Counted from the stretch's first letter, positions 20,254-31,982 are shown. The stretch: 64,000 nucleotides of DNA from an uncultured Hyphomicrobium sp. (GCA_964589785.1 CAZPUQ010000010.1:874-64873), one strand, 5' to 3'. The notes: generated from the letters alone by a model not told the origin. Translations and numbers: made by a program.

Positions 20254-21660
20254 TCAGTAGCGGTAATGCTCGGGCTTGTAGGGGCCCTCCTGCGGCACGC
20301 CGATGTAGTCCGCCTGCTCCTTCGACATCCTGGTCAGCCGCACGCCGAGCTTGGCCAGATGCAGGGCCGCGACCTTCTCGTCGAGCACCTTGGGCAGCGT
20401 GTAGACCTTCTTCTCGTACTTGCCCTGCTGGCTCCACAGCTCGATCTGCGCCAGCGTCTGGTTGGAGAACGAAGACGACATCACGAACGAGGGATGGCCC
20501 ATGGCGTTGCCGAGGTTGACCAGCCGGCCCTCCGACAGGAGGATGATGCGGTTGCCGCCCGGGAACTCGATCTCGTCGACCTGCGGCTTGATGTTGGTCC
20601 ACTTGAAGTTCTTGAGGCCCGCGACCTGGATCTCGTTGTCGAAGTGGCCGATGTTGCAGACGATGGCCCGGTCCTTCATGCGGCGCATGTGGTCGATCGT
20701 GATGATGTCGCGGTTGCCGGTCGCGGTGACGTAGATGTCGGCGCGCGGCAGGGCGTCCTCCAGCGTCGCGACCTCATAGCCTTCCATGGCGGCCTGAAGG
20801 GCGCAGATCGGATCGATCTCCGAGACGATGACGCGGGCGCCGGCCTGGCGCAGCGAGGCGGCCGAGCCCTTGCCCACGTCGCCGAAGCCCGCCACGAAGG
20901 CGACCTTGCCGGCCATCATCACGTCCGTGCCGCGGCGCAGCGCGTCGACGAGCGATTCCCGGCAGCCGTAGAGGTTGTCGAACTTCGACTTCGTCACCGA
21001 GTCGTTGACGTTGATGGCGGGGAATAGGAGCTTGCCGGCCTCGGCGAGCTTGTAGAGGCGGTGCACGCCGGTCGTCGTCTCCTCCGAGACGCCCTTGATG
21101 TTCTTCGCCACCTCCGCGAACCAGCCCTTCGGCTTCTCCTTCAGGAGGCGCTTCAGGAGGGCGAAGAAGATCTCCTCCTCCTCCGAGCCCGGCTGGTCGA
21201 GGAAGGCCGTATCGCCCTGCTCGGCGCGCAGACCGTGATGCACGAGCATGGTCGCATCGCCGCCATCGTCGAGGATCATGTTCGGCGTGCCGCCGCCGTG
21301 CCAGTCGAAGAGACGGGCGGTGTAGTCCCAGTATTCGGTCAGCGTCTCGCCCTTGTAGGCGAACACGGGGATGCCGGCCGCGGCGATGGCGGCCGCGGCG
21401 TGGTCCTGCGTGGAGAAGATGTTGCAGGAGACCCAGCGGACATCGGCCCCGAGCGCCTTCAGCGTCTCGATGAGGACCGCGGTCTGGATGGTCATGTGCA
21501 GCGAGCCCGCGATGCGCGCGCCCTTGAGCGGCTGCGCCTTGCCGTACTCCTCGCGGATCGCCATCAGGCCCGGCATCTCGGTCTCGGCGAGCTCGATCTC
21601 CTTGCGGCCGAACGCGGCGAGGCTGAGGTCCTTGACGATGTAGTCCTTGGCGGCGGTCAT
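20254..21660 (-). CDS. ahcY: adenosylhomocysteinase
   Basis: [33 protein letters not shown]... with NAD site [10 protein letters not shown]. Start at the internal ATG of ORF 20254..21723. Confidence 0.97.
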   Translation of the reverse strand: MTAAKDYIVKDLSLAAFGRKEIELAETEMPGLMAIREEYGKAQPLKGARIAGSLHMTIQTAVLIETLKALGADVRWVSCNIFSTQDHAAAAIAAAGIPVFAYKGETLTEYWDYTARLFDWHGGGTPNMILDDGGDATMLVHHGLRAEQGDTAFLDQPGSEEEEIFFALLKRLLKEKPKGWFAEVAKNIKGVSEETTTGVHRLYKLAEAGKLLFPAINVNDSVTKSKFDNLYGCRESLVDALRRGTDVMMAGKVAFVAGFGDVGKGSAASLRQAGARVIVSEIDPICALQAAMEGYEVATLEDALPRADIYVTATGNRDIITIDHMRRMKDRAIVCNIGHFDNEIQVAGLKNFKWTNIKPQVDEIEFPGGNRIILLSEGRLVNLGNAMGHPSFVMSSSFSNQTLAQIELWSQQGKYEKKVYTLPKVLDEKVAALHLAKLGVRLTRMSKEQADYIGVPQEGPYKPEHYRY

Positions 21661-22002
21661 GCACGGCTCCTGGAGCGGGTTTGGAACAGGCGCGCGGCAA
21701 CGGCGGCCGGAAAGTCCGGGCACGGGCCAGGCGGGAAACGACGACTGCCTATAGCCTGCGGGCCATGGGGTCGCAATGACATATAAACAAGTCCTTATGT
21801 CTCACGCATCCGAGCCGCCGGCCGGTGCGCGGGTTTGATCCGGATCAGTACTGAACCTGACTCAGATCAAATCCATCTTACCAGTTGAAACTTCGAACTA
21901 ATCCACGGTCGTCCCCGTACGGAATTTTTACTCCCAGTGATTATTTTCATCTCTGCCAAGCCGAAGCAGGAAGGAGGGCGGCTGGCCGGCAGGGCGAGGG
22001 CA

Positions 22003-23439
22003 ATGGGCGGCGATCTCCGGAACGAGTGGCTTGATGGGGCCCTGAGCGCAGTCCTTGCGCGGGCGGCGCGGCGCACGGCAGCGCATCGTTTCGGGCCCGC
22101 CGTAGGCGGCGAGCTTTCCATTCCCTTCGCGCTCTTCGGTCTCCTGCTGGCGCTCGCGGCCGGAGCCGCCATCGACATGGCTCGCTGGCTGCACGCGCGC
22201 ACCGACACCATGCTCGCTGTCGATGCCGCGGTCGTAGCGGGGGGCAAGTCGCTGCAGCTCGGCGCACCCGATCCGGAGGCCGCTGCTGTCGCCATGCGCC
22301 ACTATCTGCGCAACAGCGAGGGCCGTCTGCGCGTCGAGAGCGACAGCATCGCCTTCGCCGTCGCCGAGGGCGGCTCCGCGCTCACGGCGTACGGCACCGC
22401 CTACATCGCCACGCCGTTCATGGCGATCGTCGGCATCGACCGGCTGCCCCTGATGGCGCGCACGGGCGGCGAGTTCGCCACCGCCCGCCTCGCCAGCGGT
22501 ACCAATGCCCGCGCCAGCATCGAGATCGCGCTGATGCTCGACGTCTCGAGCGCCATGCGCGGCGACAGGATCAACGCCATCAAGGATGCCGCGCGGGACC
22601 TTGCCGACATCGTGGTCTGGCAGGACCAGAGCCGCTACACGGCGCGCCTGGCGCTCGTTCCCTATGCCTCGGACATCCGGCTCGATCTCGATCTCTACCT
22701 CGCCGTGCGCGACCCTTCCATGCCCGGCCCCATCAACGGCGAGCCGTATCCTTGCCTGGATGCCGACCCGGCGGCCTCGTGCACCGATCTCTATTACCGG
22801 CGCGGCTGCCTCGTGGAGCGGACGGGCAGCGACCGGTTCACCGATGCGGGTCCGGGCCCCGGTCGCTACCTGATGCCGCTCTTCACGACGGCGGCCGCCA
22901 ACTGCCGCACGCCCGTGGCCTCCGCCGTCCTGCCGCTCACGGCCGATCGCGCCGTGATCTCGGAGCGCATCGCTGGCCTGGCACCGGGTGGAGCGCGCGC
23001 GGCGCAGCTTGGGACGGCGTGGTCCTGGTATTTGCTATCTCCCGACTGGCAATCCGTGCTGCCGCCGGACAGTGCACCGACGCCCTACGACGTGCCCAAG
23101 ACCCGCAAGATCGCCGTCCTTCTCATTGGCGGCGGCTCGGACGTGACCTACTCGCAGCATGGGATGCCGGCGTGGCTCACGGGGGCTCCGTCTCCGGTCG
23201 CGGCCGTCAACGGCCCGGCCGACGATCAGGCCCTGGCGCTGTGTGCGGGTATGAAGCGGGCCGGCATCGAGATCTTCACGGTCGGCTTCGGAATCGCCGG
23301 CGCCGAGGAGGCCGGAGGGTTCGTCGCCGCATGCGCCTCCGATCGGGCGCATGCCCGCAGGGCTCGCACGCCGGCGCAGCTCCGCTCGACCTTCCGCGAC
23401 ATTGCCATGCACATCGTAACGCTCGACATCGCGTACTAA
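22003..23439 (+). CDS. TadG-like N-terminal domain / von Willebrand factor A (vWA) domain protein
   Basis: N-terminal hydrophobic segment SIPFALFGLLLALAAGAAIDMARW resembles the Tad/TadE-G pilus-assembly N-terminus. A central MIDAS-like motif LMLDVSSAM marks the vWA domain. Start is uncertain (GTG 21937 or ATG 22003). Confidence 0.75.
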   Translation: MGGDLRNEWLDGALSAVLARAARRTAAHRFGPAVGGELSIPFALFGLLLALAAGAAIDMARWLHARTDTMLAVDAAVVAGGKSLQLGAPDPEAAAVAMRHYLRNSEGRLRVESDSIAFAVAEGGSALTAYGTAYIATPFMAIVGIDRLPLMARTGGEFATARLASGTNARASIEIALMLDVSSAMRGDRINAIKDAARDLADIVVWQDQSRYTARLALVPYASDIRLDLDLYLAVRDPSMPGPINGEPYPCLDADPAASCTDLYYRRGCLVERTGSDRFTDAGPGPGRYLMPLFTTAAANCRTPVASAVLPLTADRAVISERIAGLAPGGARAAQLGTAWSWYLLSPDWQSVLPPDSAPTPYDVPKTRKIAVLLIGGGSDVTYSQHGMPAWLTGAPSPVAAVNGPADDQALALCAGMKRAGIEIFTVGFGIAGAEEAGGFVAACASDRAHARRARTPAQLRSTFRDIAMHIVTLDIAY

Positions 23440-23456
23440 GCCGCCCCTCACCCTAG

Positions 23457-23485
23457 CCCTCTCTCCGTCAGGACGGGGAGAGGGG
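23457..23485. repeat. GC hairpin of the CCCTCTC...GAGAGGG type between convergent genes (likely REP/terminator)
   Basis: ccctctctccgtcaggacggggagagggg sits between the vWA gene stop (23439) and the HPr stop (23508). No clear T tract. Confidence 0.5.
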
Positions 23486-23507
23486 AGCGAGCCGACGGAG
23501 CTGGCGG

Positions 23508-23813
23508 TCAGCCTTCCTCGGCCAGCTCCTCGCCGAAGCCCATCTCGACGAGGGCCACGAGCGCTTCCAGCGCCTCCGGTCCGTCGGGCCCGTCGCAGCG
23601 GATGTGAAGCTGCGAGCCCGGCCCCGCGGCCAGCATCATGAGCCCCATGATCGAGGAGCCGCCGACCGACTGTCCGTCGCGTGTCACCGTCACGGTGGCG
23701 TTGAAGGTCTCGGCGCACTTGACGAACTTCGCCGAAGCCCGCGCGTGCAGCCCCTTGCGGTTGACGACGGTGACGATCGCCTCGGGCCGCCTGCTGTGCG
23801 TGATCTCGGGCAT
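23508..23813 (-). CDS. ptsH: HPr-family phosphocarrier protein
   Basis: AIVTVVNRKGLHARASAKFVKCAETFNATVTVTRDGQSVGGSSIMGLMMLAAGPGSQLHI. The His in GLHARAS and the Ser in GGSSIMG are both present. 101 aa from the internal ATG of ORF 23508..24284. Confidence 0.9.
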   Translation of the reverse strand: MPEITHSRRPEAIVTVVNRKGLHARASAKFVKCAETFNATVTVTRDGQSVGGSSIMGLMMLAAGPGSQLHIRCDGPDGPEALEALVALVEMGFGEELAEEG

Positions 23814-23824
23814 CTGGGGCGCGC

Positions 23825-24229
23825 TCAACCTTCGCCGGAGAGTTCCTGGCTTGCGACCTTGATGTATTTGCGGCCGGCGTCGCGCGCGCGGGTCACGGCC
23901 TCGGTCATCGGAAGCTCGCGCCGCAGCGAGGCCAGCTTCACGAGGATCGGCAGATTGATCCCGGCGATGACCTCGACGGGGGCCTCGTCCATCACCGAGA
24001 TGGCGAGGTTGGAGGGCGTGCCGCCGAACATGTCGGTGAGGACGATGACGCCATCGCCGTCGTCGGCGCGCTGGACGGCCTGGAGAATCTCGGCACGGCG
24101 CTGGGCCATGTCGTCCTCGGGGCCGATCGCCACGGTTTCGAGCTGGCTCTGGGGGCCGACGATATGCTCGAGGGCGGCGCGAAACTCCATCGCGAGGCCG
24201 CCATGCGTGACGATGACAAGTCCGATCAT
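23825..24229 (-). CDS. PTS EIIA component, mannose/fructose family
   Basis: MIGLVIVTHGGLAMEF...VIVLTDMFGGTPSNLA is EIIA(Man)-like with the catalytic His in VTHG. Confidence 0.9.
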   Translation of the reverse strand: MIGLVIVTHGGLAMEFRAALEHIVGPQSQLETVAIGPEDDMAQRRAEILQAVQRADDGDGVIVLTDMFGGTPSNLAISVMDEAPVEVIAGINLPILVKLASLRRELPMTEAVTRARDAGRKYIKVASQELSGEG

Positions 24230-24380
24230 CTGGTCTTCCTCGACCCGCGCGACCGTTACGGCGAAAGAGAGCCTCAGGACCCAACGCGGCGCGCAGACTT
24301 ACATCGGTTCGCTGCCGGGCAAAAGCCCCCTGCGCGATCGCGCCTAGGGACCGAGGCGATTGCCCGCGGCCCCTGCAGCG

Positions 24381-24860
24381 TTAACCCTCTCCCTCCCGCC
24401 AGGGCTCGGTAGAGAGGGCCAGGGCGAGCTTCAGAGGCGCTGAGTCCTCGAAGGCGCAGAGCCGCAACAGCGGCAGCGAGACGCCGAGCAGCGCCTCGAA
24501 TGGCCAGGGATCGGGGAAGCGCTCCACGGCCTCCGGCGGTACGAGGTCCACGATGAGGGCGAGGCGGGCCGACGCACAGTAGGGCACCGTCCGGATGCCG
24601 AGGCCGCGGACCTCCAGCAGTCCCGCGAGCTGCGGCGGCGGAGCGACGAAAAGGTCGGCGCCCGCGCGCGCGACGTGGACCTGATCGTCGGCGACGAGGG
24701 CGAGCGGTGGGCCGGCCGGGCCGCACGCGCACAGCGACATGGCCCGAAGCGCGAGGTCAGACTTGCCGGCTCCGGCGGGACCGCGCAGCAGCGCAGCCCG
24801 GCCGTCGCGGGCCACCGCCGTCCCGTGCACGATCGCCTCAGTAGCGGCGGTGGGTGGCAC
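24381..24860 (-). CDS. hprK: short (C-terminal-domain-only) HPr kinase/phosphorylase
   Basis: IVHGTAVARDGRAALLRGPAGAGKSDLALR has Walker A, and LLEVRGLGI is also present. GTG 24860 is preceded by GGAGG at 5-nt spacing. It overlaps the chvG stop by 23 nt. Confidence 0.85.
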   Translation of the reverse strand: MPPTAATEAIVHGTAVARDGRAALLRGPAGAGKSDLALRAMSLCACGPAGPPLALVADDQVHVARAGADLFVAPPPQLAGLLEVRGLGIRTVPYCASARLALIVDLVPPEAVERFPDPWPFEALLGVSLPLLRLCAFEDSAPLKLALALSTEPWREGEG

Positions 24861-26655
24861 CCGAGCCTCCCCGCGAGGTCGTAACGAGCCGCGGCAGGCG
24901 GACGACGAAGCGTGCGCCGGCGGGACGCGCGTCCGCGGCCCCGCCCGGCGCCCGGCGGTTCTCGGCCCAGATCTCTCCGCCGTGGGCATGGATGATCTCG
25001 CGCGAGATCGACAGGCCGAGGCCCGAGTTCTTGCCGCGCAAGGCCTCCGACTGCGGCCGGTCGGTATAGAAGCGGTCGAACACGATCGCGAGCCGGTCCT
25101 CGGGGATGCCGGGTCCTTCGTCGTCGACCGTGATCTCGACCATCTGCGGGGTCTGGCGGACGGTGATGACGACGACGCCGTCGGGCGGCGAGAAGGAGAC
25201 GGCATTGTCGACGAGGTTCGTGACGACCTGCCCGAGGCGTCCCTCGTGGCCCGTGACCTTCAAGGTCTGCGGATCGACGCTCGGATCGAGAGCGACGCGC
25301 ACGCTGCGGCCGTCCTCCGAGAGGATGTCGCGGAAGATCTTCGCCACGCTGTCGATCACCTCGATCACGCTCGTCGGCTCCATCGGCTGGCGCGCGAGCT
25401 CGGCGTCGAGGCGCGAGGCGTTCGAGACGTCCGTGATGAGGCGGTTGAGGCGCCTGAGCTCGTTCTGAATCTGGCGCACGAGCTCGTCGCGCTGCTCGGC
25501 CGACTTGGCATAGATGAGGCTTTCCGCCGTCGAGCGGGCCGCCGTCAGCGGGTTCTTCAGTTCATGCGCCACGTCGGCGGCGAAGCTCTCGCTCGATTCG
25601 ATGCGCCTGTAGAGCGCCGCCGTCATGGCGCGGAAGGCGCGCGCGAGCTGGCCGACCTCGTCGTTGCGCTCGGCGAAATCGGGCAGGTGCTGGCGCGCGT
25701 TGATGTTGCGGCTCACCTCCTCGGCCGAGTCCGAGAGCCGGCGGATCGGCTCCGCGACTGTGCGGGCCAGGAGCAGGGACGAGATCAGCGTCGCGGCGAG
25801 CGCGATGATGGCGAGCATGGCGATGCGCGAGCGTTCCTCGCTCAGCGTCTTCTCGATGTCGCCCGGGCGCGTGGAAAGCAGGAGGGCGCCGAGCACGGTG
25901 TTCGCGCGCCGGATCGGCACCGCCATGGAGACGATCTGCTCGCCGTTGCCGTCGAGCAGCAGCAGCGGCGTGGACGTGCCTTCGAGCGCGGCGCGCACCT
26001 CCGGGTAGGCCGTCCCCTTGCCGTTGCCGATCTCCTTGTAGACGGGTAGGTGCTGGTCGATCAGAAGCGACGTCAGCCGCGTCCAGAAGTTCTTCGGCTT
26101 ACCGGCGACCGGCTCGGTCGGCCCCCGCGTCAACTGGCCCTTGGTGAGGAGCGTCGCGGTATCGACGATGAGCGTGCCGTCGCGGCCGTAGATGCGGGCG
26201 CGGTTCTTGGTGTGCTGGATGAGCCGGCGCAGGATGGGCGTGGCGCGTTCCGGGCGGATGGAAAGCTGCAGCGAGGAGAAGCCGTCGTCGCGGTAGGGTA
26301 CGCGCGTCTTGTCGGGGCGGTTCGCGTGGTCGAGGTTGATCTCGATGTTGCCCTGCTCGATGCGCGCGTCGCTGGCGATCGCCGCCGCGATGAGCTCGCC
26401 CTGGGTGCGCAGCGATTCCTTCTTCGCCTCCACGAGCCAGGTCTGGTAGTGGCTGAGATAATAGATGCCGCCGATCATCACCAGGAGGCCGACGAGGTTG
26501 GCCAGGATGATGCGCCGGGTAAGGCTCGCCGAGGCGGATCGGAACGGCCGCACGCGCCGGACGCGACGGACGGCACGCAGTCCCCGCCGCCACGCGGCGC
26601 GCAGGCTTTCCGTCGGACCGCTGACGGCCGGGATCCGCTCCGTCTCGAGCGCCAC
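24838..26655 (-). CDS. chvG: sensor histidine kinase ChvG/ExoS/BvrS family
   Basis: TM segment, large periplasmic domain, second TM segment, HAMP, H-box ADVAHELKNPLTA and a HATPase domain. It sits downstream of chvI and upstream of hprK, as in Rhizobiales. Confidence 0.9.
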   Translation of the reverse strand: MALETERIPAVSGPTESLRAAWRRGLRAVRRVRRVRPFRSASASLTRRIILANLVGLLVMIGGIYYLSHYQTWLVEAKKESLRTQGELIAAAIASDARIEQGNIEINLDHANRPDKTRVPYRDDGFSSLQLSIRPERATPILRRLIQHTKNRARIYGRDGTLIVDTATLLTKGQLTRGPTEPVAGKPKNFWTRLTSLLIDQHLPVYKEIGNGKGTAYPEVRAALEGTSTPLLLLDGNGEQIVSMAVPIRRANTVLGALLLSTRPGDIEKTLSEERSRIAMLAIIALAATLISSLLLARTVAEPIRRLSDSAEEVSRNINARQHLPDFAERNDEVGQLARAFRAMTAALYRRIESSESFAADVAHELKNPLTAARSTAESLIYAKSAEQRDELVRQIQNELRRLNRLITDVSNASRLDAELARQPMEPTSVIEVIDSVAKIFRDILSEDGRSVRVALDPSVDPQTLKVTGHEGRLGQVVTNLVDNAVSFSPPDGVVVITVRQTPQMVEITVDDEGPGIPEDRLAIVFDRFYTDRPQSEALRGKNSGLGLSISREIIHAHGGEIWAENRRAPGGAADARPAGARFVVRLPRLVTTSRGGSGATHRRY

Positions 26656-26768
26656 CTCGCCTCTCTTCGCCTCCCTGCCAGGGCCTGCCGACGCGTGCCG
26701 TCAGCAAGCCGGGCCGCCTCGACGCTCATCAAGACGGCCCCGGCGCCGATCGATCCTCCCGCGGCCCG

Positions 26769-27476
26769 TCAGGCTTCCTTGAACCGATAGCCGACACCGT
26801 AGAGCGTCTCGATCACGTCGAAGTCGTCGTCGACCTGCTTGAACTTCTTGCGCAGCCGCTTGATGTGGCTGTCGATCGTGCGGTCGTCAACATAAACCTG
26901 GTCGTCGTAAGCCGCGTCCATCAAGGCGTCGCGCGTCTTCACGACGCCGGGACGCTGGGCCAGCGCCTGAAGGATCAGGAACTCCGTCACCGTCAGCGTC
27001 ACCGGGCGGTTGTCCCAGTGGCAGGTATGGCGCTCCGGATCGAGCTTCAGCTTGCCGCGCTCCAGCGTGCGGGAGACTTCCGGCTGCGGCTGCGACCCGT
27101 CCTTCGGCGCGAACCGGCGCAGGATGGCGCGCACGCGCTCGATGATGAGGCGCTGCGAGAAAGGCTTGGTGATGTAGTCGTCGGCCCCCATCTTGAGGCC
27201 GAAGAGCTGGTCGATCTCCTCGTCCTTGGAGGTCAAAAAGATGACCGGCATGTCGGATTGCTGGCGTACGCGGCGCAAGAGCTCCATGCCGTCCATGCGC
27301 GGCATCTTGATGTCGAAGATGCCGAGGTCGGCGGGGTCCTCGGTCAGGGCCTCGAGTGCGGCGGCGCCGTCATTGTAGGTGCGCACCTTGTAGCCTTCGG
27401 CCTCGAGCGCCATGCCGAGAGAGGTCAGGATGTTGCGCTCGTCGTCGACCAACGCGATCGTGGTCTTTTCCTTCAT
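26769..27476 (-). CDS. chvI: OmpR-family response regulator ChvI/BvrR
   Basis: [17 protein letters not shown]...[10 protein letters not shown] receiver domain plus a winged-helix C-terminus (...[13 protein letters not shown]). ATG 27476 has AGGA upstream. Confidence 0.93.
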   Translation of the reverse strand: MKEKTTIALVDDERNILTSLGMALEAEGYKVRTYNDGAAALEALTEDPADLGIFDIKMPRMDGMELLRRVRQQSDMPVIFLTSKDEEIDQLFGLKMGADDYITKPFSQRLIIERVRAILRRFAPKDGSQPQPEVSRTLERGKLKLDPERHTCHWDNRPVTLTVTEFLILQALAQRPGVVKTRDALMDAAYDDQVYVDDRTIDSHIKRLRKKFKQVDDDFDVIETLYGVGYRFKEA

Positions 27477-27633
27477 GGTCCTCATGTCCTCGCAGCGCCG
27501 GTTCAGCGTCACGGCGCAATATGGCCTCAACTGGGATCAATTGTGGCAGGCGTCGTTGTCGGCTATTTGGGCTGAACCGTAGCTGAACGCACGCGGAAGG
27601 GCAAAGCAGGGAGCCAGCGAAAGCAGGGACAAA

Positions 27634-28395
27634 ATGACGGATCTCACAGGAAAATCAGGTCACAGCGCATCTCCGGCGGGTGCTGTCAAAGTTCTCCTGA
27701 GGCAGGCATTGAAGGCCGCTTTGGCGACTCTCGAGCCCCAGAGCGGCGCCCCGTATGCGTCGCTCGTCACGCTCGCAACGGCGGCCGACGGGGCGCCGCT
27801 GATGCTCCTGTCGCGTCTGGCAGTCCACACCCAGAACCTGCTCAAGGACCCGCGTGCCAGCCTTCTCGTTGACGGCACGAGCGCCGCCGGCGATCCGCTC
27901 GCGGGCGGCCGCGTCAGCCTGGGCGGCCGTATCGCCGTCACCGCCGACGCACACGACCGGCGCCGCTTTCTCGCCCGCCATCCCGAGGCGGCCATGTACG
28001 CGGACTTTCCCGATTTCGCCTTCTACCGGTTCGAGATCGAGCGCGCGCACTATGTCGGCGGCTTCGGCCGCATCGTCGATCTGTCCGCCCGCGACATCCT
28101 GACCGACGTTGCCGATGCGGCAGCACTCATCGCCGCGGAGGACGACATCGTCAGCCACATGAACGAGGATCACGCCGATGCCCTGGAGCTCTATGCGGCG
28201 CGCGCGGGCGCTGGCGAGGCGGGCAAGGGGACATGGAAAATGATCGGCCTCGATCCGGAGGGCGTCGACCTTGCCGGTCCCGGCGGTCCGCTGCGGGTCG
28301 CGTTTGCAGCCCCCGTCGCGACGCCCGGGGAGGCGCGCCGGGCGCTCGTCGCGCTCGTGACCGAGGCGCGCACCGCACTCGGCCACTTAAATTAG
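27634..28395 (+). CDS. HugZ/PPOX-like FMN-binding split-barrel protein with DUF2470-like C-terminus
   Basis: PYASLVTLATAADGAPLMLLSRLAVHTQNLLKDPRASLLV...FAFYRFEIERAHYVGGFGR...SHMNEDHADAL. The pattern is recalled from pyridoxamine-5'-phosphate-oxidase-related haem-utilisation proteins. Confidence 0.75.
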   Translation: MTDLTGKSGHSASPAGAVKVLLRQALKAALATLEPQSGAPYASLVTLATAADGAPLMLLSRLAVHTQNLLKDPRASLLVDGTSAAGDPLAGGRVSLGGRIAVTADAHDRRRFLARHPEAAMYADFPDFAFYRFEIERAHYVGGFGRIVDLSARDILTDVADAAALIAAEDDIVSHMNEDHADALELYAARAGAGEAGKGTWKMIGLDPEGVDLAGPGGPLRVAFAAPVATPGEARRALVALVTEARTALGHLN

Positions 28396-28675
28396 GATTA
28401 TTCCACAGCAAATGCTGGATTGGCCTATACTTTCGAACGGGTTGAGTCCAGAAGACTCGAGGCCTAACGAGGCCATCGCGTTGACGGGCCCCTGCCGCGG
28501 CCGGCACATCCGGCGCGGCGGTGCCTCATCCGCCCGGGAAGGCGGCGTCAAGCGTCCGGCACGAGAACGACCGGACGCAGACCATTCCCAGGGAGCAGCG
28601 TTCGTTGCGTGTCGCCGCCCGCGCCCATGTCGGACGCGCGGCTGAAGCTCATTTCAGAAGCGAGCCCGGTCCTTC

Positions 28676-30265
<1,590 letters not shown>

Positions 30266-30524
30266 CCCGCGCAGCGCAGGACAAAAAGCCGCCTCCGCCG
30301 GCCCAACCGTGCGCTGCGAGCCGAACGACGCCGCACGGCCGCCCCATGCGCCGCTTTCCCGCTCCCTTCCTCCCCAGGGCCGCGGCGCGGCTCTTGTCGA
30401 GGCGACGATGCCGCTGCGTTGCTCTTTTCTTTTGTAGCTGAAACGCCGTAAGTTCGCCCGTCCGGGCGGCACAGGCCACGCCGGCGCTGCCACGGACAGC
30501 GAGGTGGTGCCACGCGAGGATGTT

Positions 30525-30935
30525 ATGCTCGGCTGGCTGACGCGCCTGTTCAAACGCCCGCCCGGCGAGGCCGCAGGTCCCCGCCGTCCGCAATTCGCCG
30601 TCCGCGTCACCCATGACCCCGACCGGATCATCCTGACCCGGGTCGGCGCCGGCGAGGAGTGGCTGGCCTGGGGCGAGATCGTGTCCGTGGGGCTCGTGTC
30701 GGGCGACGCGATCACCGATCCGACGGATCTCTACTGGCTGGTGCAGGGCCGCGACCGGCGCCGTACGTTGCTCGTGCCCATGGGCGCGCCGGGCGAGCAC
30801 GAGCTCGTCCACGCCATGCAGGCGCGCCTGCACGGGTTCGACAACATGGCGGTGGTGGAGGCGATGAGCGCCACCGGCGCCGTCGGCTTCAAGGTGTGGG
30901 ATGTCGAGTGGGGCCGCGCCGCCGGCGATGCCTGA
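30525..30935 (+). CDS. hypothetical protein
   Basis: ATG 30525 is preceded by GAGGA. Codon third positions are strongly G/C as in neighbouring genes. I recognise no motif. Confidence 0.55.
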   Translation: MLGWLTRLFKRPPGEAAGPRRPQFAVRVTHDPDRIILTRVGAGEEWLAWGEIVSVGLVSGDAITDPTDLYWLVQGRDRRRTLLVPMGAPGEHELVHAMQARLHGFDNMAVVEAMSATGAVGFKVWDVEWGRAAGDA

Positions 30936-31049
30936 GGCTTGAGCTCGCCTGACCTTCGCTCGCGTACCCTTGCAATTAGCCGGGCAATCGGGAATGTGCG
31001 CGCTCGGCGGAGCGCGCGGCTGAGCGCGGCCCGTTCAGCGGAGATACGA

Positions 31050-31982
31050 ATGACCGATGCGTCGGCGGCTCCGGCCAGACGCCGTTTCCTCGTCCTGGAA
31101 AACCCGATGGCCGGCATCGCGCGCCGGACGCTGACGGATAGCGTCGTGCACGAGCTCCAGGCGCGGGGCTGCGCGGTGATGCGGCTCGCCGCCGGCAGCG
31201 ATCCCGCAGGGGTCGACTGGGATGCTGCGGCGCGCGGCCACGACGCGGTGATCGCCGCCGGGGGCGACGGCACCGTGCGCGCGCTCGCCGGGCATCTCAG
31301 CGGACGCGGCCTCCCGATCGGCCTCATTCCGCGCGGCACCGGCAATGTGCTGTCCGCCGAGATCGGCCTCCCGCGCACGGCGGGCGCGATTGCGGATGTC
31401 CTCATTGGCGGCCCCGTCGTGCGGCTCAAGGGTGCGCGCGCCAACGGCCGGCCGTTCTTCCTCATGGCCGGTGTCGGGTTCGACGGCGAGACCGTGCACC
31501 GTCTCGATCTGGCCTTGAAGCGGCGGGTGGGCCGGTGGGCCTACATCGCGCCAGTGCTCGCCGCGCTGGCGCAGCCTGAGCCGCGGCTCGAGGTCCGCAT
31601 CGATGGCGGCGCTCCGCGTGAGGCAGGCTGGGTGCTGATCGCCAACGCGCAACGCTATGGCGGGCGGTTCCGCCTGTCGCGCCGTGCCGGGCTCGCGCAC
31701 GACGGGCTGATCGTGTTTCTTTTTTCTGGCGGAGGACGCGCGCGGCGGGTGGCCGATCTTATGGCGCTCGCCACGGGCACCCTCGACCGCATGCCGGGCG
31801 TTGCGGTGGAGCAGGCAGCGCGCGTGTCGGTCGCTTCACCCGATCCCGCGGCCGCGCAGATCGACGGCGACGACTTCGGCACCGTGCCGCTCGATATCGA
31901 ATGGGGCGAGCCGGAGCTCGCCCTCATCGTGCCCGAAGCCTATGCGGCAACCCTCGCTGCCGGCGCTCAGCCAGAGGCGTGA
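31050..31982 (+). CDS. diacylglycerol-kinase-family lipid kinase (YegS/BmrU-like)
   Basis: AAGGDGTVRA and LIPRGTGNVLS are motifs of the DAGK catalytic domain. ATG 31050 has GGAGA upstream. Confidence 0.85.
   Translation: MTDASAAPARRRFLVLENPMAGIARRTLTDSVVHELQARGCAVMRLAAGSDPAGVDWDAAARGHDAVIAAGGDGTVRALAGHLSGRGLPIGLIPRGTGNVLSAEIGLPRTAGAIADVLIGGPVVRLKGARANGRPFFLMAGVGFDGETVHRLDLALKRRVGRWAYIAPVLAALAQPEPRLEVRIDGGAPREAGWVLIANAQRYGGRFRLSRRAGLAHDGLIVFLFSGGGRARRVADLMALATGTLDRMPGVAVEQAARVSVASPDPAAAQIDGDDFGTVPLDIEWGEPELALIVPEAYAATLAAGAQPEA

Noticed and set aside
21661-21800. Possible SAH or SAM riboswitch in the ahcY leader.
   Set aside because: I reverse-complemented the leader and could not find the conserved SAH-riboswitch core as I remember it (..GAGGAGCGCUGC..GGCUCGG..AACGGCGCUCAC..) or a SAM-II-like pseudoknot pattern. 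cmsearch would be needed to be sure.
28396-28675. tRNA or other structured RNA gene in the comparatively AT-rich spacer before pckA.
   Set aside because: I could not find a cloverleaf-compatible arrangement or a terminator. It is most simply the pckA promoter and leader.
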